From the NCBI GenBank assembly GCA_004431415.1, contig QPMI01000079.1:82151-146150 (forward strand): a DNA stretch of 64,000 nt, in the 5' to 3' direction. The notes below the pieces were generated by a model that searched no databases, was not told the DNA's origin, and worked only from the letters and a program-made list of their open reading frames with translations. Source of the DNA: Cyanophora paradoxa CCMP329 (taxonomy: Eukaryota > Plantae > Glaucophyta). A program made the position numbers and the translations under genes. Below, piece after piece: positions 21,852-32,573 of this stretch (the first letter of the stretch is position 1; each line of letters starts with the position of its first letter).

Positions 21852-22666
21852 CCTGGCAGACCTTGCAGGGGGTGCGCCCCGCCAGCTCCGCCTCCTCTCT
21901 CGAGTCGAAGCGCACGAGGTCGGACCGGAAGGGGAGGTGGAACTGCGGCTTGCCCTCGCGGTCGCGCTGGTGCAGGTGGACGCAGCCGCCGACGTGGTGC
22001 CTGCGGGGGCCCGGCGTGTCGATCGCCCAGCGCGCCTCGCGATCGCCGTCGGCATCCGGATCCGGCCGCGGCTCCGGTCGCGGCTCGGCCGCGGCCGGGC
22101 GCTGATAATGTTTCGAGCGCGCATGTGCGCGCTCTACATGTGCACTGCTGTTGAGTCTGGGGTCTTTCATTGCGCGCTCAAGGAACGAGTCCCATCGCTT
22201 CAGTAGCGCTTCATCTTTGGCTTGAACAGCATCTGCGAGTCCGAATATTGACAGCGTTTCGCCCTGTGTGCCCGTCACAAATTAGATTCGATTTCGCGCG
22301 AAAATCAAGAGAGCGCCGGCCCGGCCGGCGCCTTGCATATATACCTCTTGCATTAATTCATCGAATGTATCCTTTTTGTTGGCGCCCGCGGCGCCCGCGA
22401 TCGGCTCGCCCTGCAGAAGCTCGTTACGCGTTCATGATCATGATCATTTTCAAGCTGAGTCGAAATTCGACCGCGGAGACGCGCGCGCGCGCACCTTGGA
22501 GAGCTCCGCGGCCGAGCTTTGCGGCTCCCGGGCGGTCGCCTTCAAATTTTCTGCGACGCGTACTTCGGCTGAATTCGATTCGAATCGCCTCGCTTTGGAA
22601 AAAGCGGCGCGCGCGCGCACCATCGGGGAGGCTGTGCTCCTGCACTGTGCGCTCGAGGACCGACAT
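21852..22666 (-). CDS. Small multi-exon protein with an Ada-type Zn-binding motif (3' end uncertain, continues below 21852)
   Basis: MSVLERTVQEHSLPD|ENLKATAREPQSSAAELSK|GEPIAG...DELMQE|GETLSIFGLADA...RRHHVGGCVHL...RFDSREEAELAGRTPCKVCQ splices in frame at GT-AG. The FxSxEEAxxAGxxPCKxC motif is typical of Ada metal-binding domains. Confidence 0.55.
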
Positions 22667-22989
22667 TTCCAGCAGCTGCCGCCGGAAAATAAACTTGAAA
22701 ACAGCTATAGATCGCTATAAAGATCAATTCAGAAGGGGGACGCCGGGAGCCCTAAAAAAGGAGCCCGGATTCTCAAGCTCCCAGCTGCAGCTATAGAGGG
22801 GATCAACAGCTGCAGGTGAGATCTTGAGGGGGGTGAGAAGCTCAATTAATATTGCACACGCGGCAAGGGGAGATCTAGATATCTAGAAGGGCCGAAATTT
22901 CGAGGCTCATGCAGTGGCTTGCGGTCGAGGACCGCCGGCCAAGAAGCTTAATTCTAGCAGCCCCCGCAGTGCGCATGCTGGTGTTTATA

Positions 22990-25240
22990 TAGAGACTAGT
23001 ACTGTGGCCGGTAATTCACTTGCCTGTTCCCCGGCAGGTCCCTGGTCATGATCATCTTGCAGCTCCGTACCCCTTCTTACCTCTTCCCCTTGCTCCTCCA
23101 CTTCCGCCCCCGCGTGGCCCTCTTTCTGACGTCCTCCTGGTTCAGCCCCCTCTTCAGACCATCCTTCTTGCCCCCGCTTCTGCAACTGTGACGCCGGGCG
23201 GCACTATTTTTTTACATGCCCCTCCCGCCACTACGTCCCCGGTCTCTTTGCGTCTGCATCCACTTTCCCAGGTCCGCTTGCAGGCCCCCTCGCCTCCAGA
23301 GCTCGCCATCACTTGGGCCTCCCTCGCCTCCGCTCTCGATTCTCCATACCCTTCGAATAGCCGCCTTCTCTCTCCTCCTCCGCCCTCCCTCCCCCCCTCA
23401 AGCTCCGGGTCCTCGGCCTCTCCCCCGCTTCCGAGTGTTGGCGAGACTGTCCTCTTTTCGGTCTCCCCGTCATTCCGGCTCCCTGCTCCCCCTTCGGCGC
23501 CTCGGGTCCCATCTGCGGGTCCTATCCCGCTTCCTGGCGCTCGTGAGATTCGCCGCCGGCGCCCTCGTCGGGCCCTTGCGCCCTCGAGCTTGTCTCTCTC
23601 TGCGCCGCCCATGACCCTCGTGTCATTTGATCCGGCGCCACCCGACCTTTCTCCTGCTTCGCTGCAGCTGCCCTCTCTTCGGCGCCGGCAGCGCTCCCCG
23701 TCACCTGCTCGCGGCCCTTCCCCTGCCTCTGACCCTTCCTCGGCTCCCTCCTCGCCTCTTCCGTCTCGTAGGCCTCCGCCGCGTTCCCGTCGGCGGATCT
23801 CTCGATCGACCCTGGTCGACTCTCCGCCTGCCACTGTCTGCGGGGTACCTCCGCCACCGTGTTCGGCGCCGGCTGTCAGTACTTTGCTCGGTAGCTCCCC
23901 CGTCGTGGCTCCTCGGGGGCCTCTTCGTCGTCGTCGTTCGCTGGGTTCCGGCTCCGGGTCAGATTTCTCGCCGGGCTTACCTTCTCCTGGCTCTGCTCCT
24001 GGGCCCTCAGCTCCGGGACCGGCTTCCCCGATCTCCTCCCGGACTCGTGGTCGTACCCGTCGACGTCGCCGGCTTGCCGAGCCTGCGTCTCCTTCTACTT
24101 CCCTCCGGCGGTTTGCCGGGCCGGACCCTCCGGCCTTTGTTCTTGATACCGGACCGTCGGACTGCCGCCGTTGCCTTCGTCTTCTGCTTCGCTGGTCGTA
24201 TCCCGCCGGCGCCGGCGTACTTCGTCTTATAGTTTAGTTCGGTCTGGTTCGGATTCTGATCGTAGTGTTGATGCTAGAGTTAGTTTCAATACTAGCTTTT
24301 TTTTTTTTGAAAAAGCCCCAAGGGCATATCAGTATATTAGTTAGGCCAGCCCCGCGTATGATCCCGCTGGGGGGCCACAAAGGACGGACTATGGACATGC
24401 TAAGGGTGCTGTGGAGCCTAAGAGCGAGTACTACAGGAGCTACAAGTAGGTGCGGGCCACGAAGGTACAGATGCGGGTGGGTGGATATGGAGGGGGGAGG
24501 TGGTTGCGGTCGTGAGGTTGCAGTATTGAGGGGGGGGCGGAGAGGGCGGGGGGGTAGCGGTAGATCGGGTATGTAGGGAGGGGTGGACCTGAAGGGGGAA
24601 TGGCTGCGAAGGGAGAAAGGAGGCAGGGGGCGGGGTGGAAAGAGGGCACTATTAATATTGGGAGGGGAGCGGCCCATGAAGAGGGATCTACTGGGTGGTG
24701 TCGGCGTCTGCCCCGGCGGCATCAGTTTCAATACTAGCTATAGTCCTCGTGCTCGACCTGTTGTTCGCCGTCGTTTGCAGTTCGACTGCCCGCCTCGACC
24801 CCGGCCGGCTTTAGTGATTCCTTTGACTGTCCTTTTGCCTGCTCTTGATCCGCCTGCTCCGCCTCCTGTGTCCTCCTCGACCTCGTGCCGTAGCTCTGCC
24901 CTTTCGCATCGTCCTGCTTCACCTCTGCCTCCACGTCGTCTTGTTGTTCCTCTTACTTGTCTGCTTCCTGTTATTTATCTTTCTCAATTTTGTCCTCCGC
25001 TTCTTAGTGATGTAATTCCTTCCGATATTGATGGTATCTCTAGCTCTGGCTCTTCTTCGTGTCAGTCATCCTCTGCCCCTAGATCTGCTCGGTCTGATTT
25101 ACTTATCGTCTCTTCTCGATCTGTCTCGAGCTCTGTGTCTTTTCTTTTTTATTGTCGATTTTGGCTCTTTGTCTTATCTTTCTTCGTGCTCTTGTCTTAT
25201 CTTTCTTCGTGCTCTTGTCTATTTTGTCTTCGTTATTTCA
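22990..25240 (+). mobile_element. Intronless C/T-skewed segment with a 405-aa Pro/Ser/Arg-rich ORF; possible decayed retroelement
   Basis: Composition differs sharply from host genes (T-rich codons, no introns). It ends in a tandem tcttgtcttatctttcttcgtg-type repeat and abuts the truncated gene duplicate at 25238. No RT or endonuclease motif seen. Confidence 0.35.
24298..24723 (-). mobile_element. 5'-truncated non-LTR retroposon insertion with poly(A) tail and 16-bp TSD
   Basis: agtttcaatactagct at 24282-24297 and 24724-24739 flanks a 426-bp insert that begins with a T-run (poly(A) on the minus strand). Confidence 0.85.
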
Positions 25241-25432
25241 GCTCGGGAAGAGCGCTCTCGCGGCTAACCGAGCTTTGCGGCGCCGGCGCCGCGCGCGCGG
25301 TCGCCTTTGAACTCTCTGCGACCGAATTCGAATCGCCTCGCTTCGGAAATCTAGAGCGGCGCTGACGCGCGCGCGCGCGCGCGCACCTTCGGGGAGGCTG
25401 TGCTCCTGCACCACGCGCTCGAGCACCGACAT
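25238..25432 (-). pseudogene. Diverged, truncated duplicate of the first two exons of the 22666(-) gene
   Basis: MSVLERVVQEHSLPE|ESSKATARAAPAPQSS versus MSVLERTVQEHSLPD|ENLKATAREPQSS, with the same intron position and similar intron sequence. An upstream ggggagat.taga..tagaagggcc motif is also shared (22867 vs 25870). Confidence 0.65.
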
Positions 25433-27355
25433 TTCGATATGCCGCAGTGCGCTGCGGGGATGACTCAGTGAGAAGGGCTGGCCTTGGGGTCACCAAGTGA
25501 GCTAGAGGGGGGTGCACGTGAGAATTCGCCATACTGGGCGCCGGACGCAATCTAAACGATATACGGGCCGCCTTCGCCCGGTACCAGGCGACGTATCCGC
25601 ATCTGCCGGACCAAAAGTACTAGATTAAATTGCTAGTACCGAGCCAAGACCCCTCTCCGAGGTCCCGGTCCGGCGCCGCCCGGCGGCCCCCGAACCCTAG
25701 GCCCCCTCACGGCGGCGCTTTCCCGGCCCGCCGCCCCCGCCGCCCGCAATGCATGCGCAGCCCCGTCGTACTTTCGAGGCCTCCCGCCCCCCGTCGCGCT
25801 CTCCTGCGATGCCGGGCCGGCCGGCCCCCCCCGCACGCCCGCCCTTCCCGACGGCCGCCCGAATTTTCGAGGGGAGATTTAGAGCTAGAAGGGCCCTACG
25901 TATACGTACGGTAAACGTAGGGGAGCCGCGCGCCGCGGCGCTGAGCTCGGGGCTCCCGGATCCGGATGATCGATATATATCATCGAAGCCTGTAGGTCAA
26001 GGCCTGTAGCCTGCCTACGCCTACGGCAGGGGACTCCGCGGCCGGGAGCTCGCGATCGCGATCGGGGGATCCGGATCCAGATGATCACCGAAGCCTGAAG
26101 CTCATGATCAAGGGCCGGAGCGCATGCGCATGCGCGGCCCGGCATGCACGTGCACTGCGGCCCGCCAGGCCCGCCGGGCAGTATACGCCGCGCGCGCGTA
26201 TATACGTAGCTATATAGTGCAGCTAGCGCTGGCGGCGAGGCATGCAAAATGCGGAGCCTGCAGCTGGCGCCGCGCGCGCGCCCACCGGTACGTATACGGC
26301 GGTACCGCCCGAAGCAGCTGCGCGCACCGCCGCGCAGGCGAGCGCCGAGCGCTAGCGCTATATATAGCTACAGCGCCTAGCCGCGCGCTGAGCTAGTACT
26401 GCGCCTAGCCGGCTAGCCGCGATCAAGCTAGTCGCGAGTTCGGCTCCAGAATCCTCGTACCGCATGTTACGTACGCGTGTACCCGGCGAGGATCAGGGAG
26501 CTCGAGGCGATCCGGAGGCCGGCCGGAACTTCGGAAGCTAGGCTCTAGATATCGATCCGGGATCCTGGATAAGAAGCTGCTCACAGCTGCAGGCTCGTCA
26601 GCCTCAGCAGCTAACTGGCCTCAGCAGCTAGGCCAAACTCCGGCGGTTAGCCAGGCCGACGGCACTACGTACTACGGTATACAGCACGACAGGCCGACGG
26701 CACTACAGCACGCGATGCCACGCGTACGCGCGTAAGCCGCGGCCGGATCGGATTTCTGCCCGAAGCAGCCTGGCAGCAGCTCACTTCATTCCCGTTGCGA
26801 TCTCTAGCTACCAGTCACGGCAGTTTCCGCCTGCGCAGGGCCCGCGGGGCAGATCGGCCAGCACTCGAGCTTCCGAACTTCCGACAGCTGCAGCCTCCGA
26901 ACGGACCGAGCCATAGTGGCAGCCTCCGGCGGGACCAACTTCTTTCCCGAGTCCGCGCGCATACACGCGTACGCAGGACTAGCTATAGTACTGAGGCTGC
27001 GCATGCACGCCATCATCTCGAGTCTAGGCCTGCAAGCTTGAGCTTGTGGCCCAGCACTGCGGCAATTGCAGCAGCGGTGGAGCACGCTTGAAGCTCTCCA
27101 TCGATAACTTCCAGCTGCAGAGCCCAGAATTCACAGCTATCAGTTCTTGCTGGCGCGGTTCCTCAGACTGTAAGAGGGCGAAAGAAGCGGCCCAAGTCTG
27201 TCCAGCTGCTGAGCGCAGCCTCTGAAACTCTCGTGTGCATGTGCGCGCGCCCCTGTGTCTTGATCCCGCCGCGCCTGCGGATGCGCTTCCCACCCATGGC
27301 CATTTGACTGACCCGCGGCCGGCCCCGGCGCCAGCGCGCGGGGCCGGCGGTATCG

Positions 27356-27999
27356 ATGGGTATCCAGGGGCGCTCTGGGAGCATCGCGGCCCGGAGCGAC
27401 GGCGGCGGGTCGGTCATGGGCGGGCGCCGCCCCAGCATGGCCGGCAGCTCCAGCGCCCCGGGGCTCGGCCTCCCCGGCCTCGGGGGGGAGAAGCGCCTCT
27501 CCCGAAAGGACCTCGAGGAGGGTGCCCCCCCCCCCCCCCCCCCCCCCGCGTTCCGCTCACCTGAGCCTCGGAACCCGCCACACCCCTTTCGATCGCAGCC
27601 GTCTTCAGCGTGCTCTACGGTGCCCGCGCCTTCCTTTCATTTCTTTGCCTTTCCGGTTTCCTGGAGCTCACGTTCGAGCACGTACCCCCGCAGTGATGCG
27701 GGCGCAGGAGAGCGCGAACGTTCGCCTGACCGTTCTCAACGTCATCGTCGACTTCCTCCAGGTACCCCCCCTCTATTTCCTTCCCCCTACCAAAAACATT
27801 CCTGAACCCGTGCCCCAGCTCCTCGTCTTCCCCCTGGACGGTTCGAAGTACAACTGGTGGAACCCACCCTACGTCGCGAACGTCGTCCGCGGGCGAGTTG
27901 TACCCCCTACCCTTCCCCTGCCCCGGCCTCTTGAAACGCGTACCCCGCAGAATCCTCAACGCGCTGCCCTACAACTTCCTCAACTACGCCCCCTGTGAG

Positions 28000-28032
<33 letters not shown>

Positions 28033-29206
28033 GCCCCCTTTCATCCAGCGCTCACGTCCGCCGGCGTACCCCCCCGCCAGACCACGTGTACGCGATCGTG
28101 TACGGCCTGGTGGTGGCGCTGGTCGCCGCCTCCGTCGCCGACGCCGCCTGGGTCCTCCACGTGAGCCCCGGCCCGTTCTAGAACTGTAACAGCTATTTAT
28201 ATGAGGCTTCCGATTTCGCCTCCACAGAGCTTCCGAAAGAACCACTTCCGGTTCATGTGGTGCGCTGCCCCTACCCCCCCCCCGCCCCCGCCGTCCCCCC
28301 GCCCCCCCCCCTTCCCCCTCCCCCGCCCCCCCTTACCCTTACCCCCGTCGGAGCCGAGGGTCCCGTGATCGTACCACCCGCCAGGCCCGTCAAGCTCCTC
28401 AAGCTCGCGATCGCCCTGTTCTTCCAGGTACCCCCTCCCGGCCCTTCCTGACCCCACACCCCTTCCCAGCTGAGCTGGTACCCCTCCCGCAAGTCCCTGT
28501 ACCTTTCCTCCGTCGCGATTCTCCTGCGGGCGCTCGACTGCACCTACGTGAACATGAAGGTGCCGTACCCCTCCCGGACCCACGCCCCGGCCCCCGATCC
28601 CGCGTTGCGCCCGAGCTCACCGTACCCCGGCAGGCGCCGTACATGATGACGCAGTACCCGGACGTGCCGTGCTGGGGCTTCCCGAACGGGATTCTCAGCG
28701 TCGTCGCCGTCGTCGCCACGGTGGGCCCCCCCTTTAGCGAGGCAGGCTCCAATCCGACTCACCGCGCCCCTCGCACCCGTGTCCACGCGCAGGTCGTGGT
28801 GGTTATCTTCGCGGGGGCGCTGACCGTCATCCAGACTGAGCCCAACGTGCGCCCGCCGGCCTTTGCCCCAGTCGCGCCGCTGAGGTCGAGGCGGCCGCTC
28901 TGACGGGCTCGGGCCGCGGCGCCTCAGATGAGCACCGACGCGCTCCTCGCCACCGCCACAAGCGAGGCGCCCCCTCCCCCCCCCCCCCCTCCCTCCTCCT
29001 CCACCCCTCCCTCCCTCCCTCCACCCTCCCCTCCCTTCCTTCCCTCCCTCTCTCCCCCCCTCCTCCCCCCCCTCCACCCTCCCCTCCCTTCTCTCCTCCC
29101 CCCTCCCTCTCATCCCTTCCTCCTCCCCCCCCCTCTCTCTCCTCCCACCTCCACCCCCTCCTCCTCCCTCCCTCCCGCCCTCCCGCCCTCCCTCCCCCCC
29201 CTCCCC

Positions 29207-29255
<49 letters not shown>

Positions 29256-32200
29256 CTCTCTCTCTCTCTCTCTCCCCCCCCCCCCCCCCCCGCCCCTCGC
29301 CTGACCCGGGGCGCGCAGGCGACAATCCGGCAGGTCTTCGCGCGCCTCGCCTTCGTCTGCGTCTCCGTCGGCCTCTCCAGTACCCCGTCCGCCCCCTCCC
29401 TCCCCTCCCCCCCCTCTCTCCAAGCTAAGCCTGCCGGCAGGGGGCGTCGGCGGTCTTCTCGGGGCTCATCACGGCGTACATGGCCTACCTCACCCTCCGC
29501 CACCTCCCCTACGTGCGCGCCGCTCGCCCGCACACGCCCCGCCCCGCCCGCACCCGCCCGCACCCGCCCCGCACCTGCATCCGCCGCTGCCGCCGCCGCC
29601 GCAGCCTCCGCCTCAGGCCCTATCCCACTCTATATCTCTACCTCTATACCGAGCTCCGGCCGCTGATGTCCCGCCCCTCCGCCGCCGCCGCCGCGGCCGG
29701 CCTGCTGACGTCCACCGCGGCGCGGCAGTACTCGAAGCACATGAACGAACTGCGGTCGGCGCTCTACGCCGTCGTCTCCTGGTCCTCCCTCTGCGCCCTT
29801 GTGAGCCCACGCCCCCCTTCTTCCCTTCCCCCCTCGCCCCGCTGCCCCCCCCCCCCCCCCCCCCACCCCCCTCTTCTCCCCGCCCAGCTAGCGCCCCTCC
29901 CCGGCCCCTCTTCAGCTAGCGCCAGTTCGTGCTTGCCGCCGGCCGCGCCTCACGGGGCCCGGCCGGGGCGCCGCCAGGTCCTCTCCATCGTGGACGCGAG
30001 CCTGCTGGTCTCCGTCGCCTGGCTCCTCGGCGCCATCGCCGTCTTCGCCGGCGTCTGGCTCCTCTGCCGTGCGCGCCGCTCCGCGCGCGCCGCTCGAGCT
30101 CCGCCGCTTCGAGATTCGCGGCGCCGACGCCGAAGCCACGGCCACGGCCGCGGCCGCCGCGCAGGGAAGCGCTTCGACCGGCTCTGCAGGCCGAGCCTCG
30201 TGGGGGTCGACGACGAGGGGAACTACCAGTGCGCGGCATTTTTAGATACAGCATCATCAAAACTCCTATCATTATATATTTATAAACCTAACGGCGGCGG
30301 GGCAGGTACTACGGGGACTTCGCGCGCCCCGAGCACGTCGAGATCGCCGCCCGGTCCGACGCTGGCGCCCCCCCAACGACAGGCTTACGGGCCTGATACG
30401 ATCCGGCGGGCACGCAGGTTCCTCCGCGAGCCGAAACACAAGAAGGACGACGACATCGGTGCCGTGCCGCCCCCGGGCTCGTACGGCTTCGCGCTCGGCG
30501 GCCGCCTCACGCGTGGGCGGGCGCCGGGGCGGCAGACGAGGACGCGATCGACCGCGCCGAGGCCGTCTTCCAGTCGGGCATCAAGAAGCGCGTCGGCCCC
30601 GCCCGCCCCGCCCCGCCCCGCCCCGCCCCGCCCCGCCCCGGGCCCCGGGCCCCGGGCCCTTCTGACTTGGGCGAAATCGCGTCAGGTTCCCCAAGGCGGC
30701 ATGCGTCTACCTAGCGTACTCCAACTTCCTCAAGGTCCGAAACGGCGATATTAAAGCCTTTTGGAGAACCTTTTGGATATTAAAGCTACAAGCAGCGTCC
30801 GCGGGGCTGACTCCCCTCGCGAGCGCAGTACTACCGGCAGAACGGGCAGCTGGAGGGGACGTTCGTCGACCGGTCTCGCCACCTCCAGCTCTCCATGCAG
30901 CTCCGCTTCGGTCCGATCCCGGGCCCGCCCCTCAAAAGTTAAACATCGTAATATAGGAAAACTAGAGGCCGGCCTCGAGCTCGAGCCCGCACACTCCAAC
31001 CCCCCTTCACCGGAAACCGTGCCGCCGCACGGTGGCGGGGCCTCTAGATCCGACCCTGCGGGGCTTCCCCCGCGGGGAAGGCGGCGTCGCCTGACCTCGC
31101 GGTCCGTGGCGGCAGCGGTGTTCCGGAAGGACAAGGAGCGGGAGGCGAGCTCGCGGTCGGAGGGGGGCGGCGAGGGTTCCATGGACCTCGTCTCCTACGT
31201 CGAGTTCCAGGCCCGCCCGCTCCACTTCTCCTTTAAGTCTGGATCACCAGCACTCGATCTAGATCCAGAGGAATCTAATTGTAAATCCCAACTGCATATA
31301 GAAGAATGAGACCGTGAAGAGGCTTCTTAATCCAGATCCAGAGAAATCTTCTACCATATCTAAAGACCGATTTCGATCTATCTCTTTAATTTCTAGCTGC
31401 GGTTGCATGTATTCATTCGGCTGACGTCCGCCGCAGAAGCAGCTGAAGGCGGCGAAGGAGGGCCACTACAAGGCGGCCAAGGCCATGCGCCTCGTCTGGA
31501 CCGTGCGCACCCATAAAGAGCCATCTCGGCCCGGCGCCGGCGGCTCCGAGGGCGGCTCCGAACGGGGCGGGGCGGGGGCGCAGACGCTGCAGGAGGAGGA
31601 CGAGGTGGCGCTGGCGAAGCTCGCCGACATCTTCCGCCTCGTCGACCGGTGCCCGCCCCGCCCCGCCCCGCCCCGCCCCGCCCCGCCCCGCCGCTCGCAT
31701 TTCTTGTTTAACTTCGTCGAACTCGAAGGTACGAGTCGATGGCCGAGTCGAACCTCAAGTCGTGCGCCCGCCCCGCCCCGCCCCGCCCCGAATGGTTTGA
31801 TTTCCTGATCTGGGGACCGGGGACCCTCAGCCTCCTCTCGAAGTACCCGCGCTCGATCCGCATCCTCCGCGCCATGGGCGCATTCGTCGAGGAGGTCCGC
31901 GGGCGCGCGCCGGCGCGCGGCACTAATCAGAAGCTTATTATCAAGCTTAGTGCACTGAGCTTATCATTACTGAGCTGCACTAAAGCCGCGCGCGTCTGCG
32001 CCGCTCCCGCGCTGGAGCCTCCGATCCCGATGCTGAGGCCTCGCTCGCGATCGCGACCAGGTCAAGAACGACGCGCTGCGGGCGGAGGAGTACTACCGCC
32101 TGGCGGACGCGGAGGAGGAGGACCAGAGCCGCGCCACCGCGTGCGCCCGCTCGCGAGTCGCTCGAACTCGAGACGCCAGAGCGGCGGCCGCGCCGCCCTC

Positions 32201-32536
32201 GCCTGAACATGTGCCGACGATGGCTTGCGATCGGCAGGGACGGGGCGGGCGGCGACGGGGCGCCGGCGGGTGCCATCGACAACACGCGCAACGGCGTCAT
32301 CGTCATCGGCTCCAACGAGGTCCCCTTCAACTTCGCGCTCGACTCCCCAATTCCAACGCCCTCCGCTCGAATGTTGATTCGGTCGAGCCCGCCGGGCCGG
32401 CCCACCGCAGATCATCACGAGCGTGAACGCCGTCACGTGCCGCATGTGGGGCTACAAGCGCAACGAAATCGTCGGCAAGGTCCGCCTCGCCGCTCGCTTA
32501 ATGATGCCATGATTCCCGCGCGGCGCTCGACCCACG

Positions 32537-32573
<37 letters not shown>

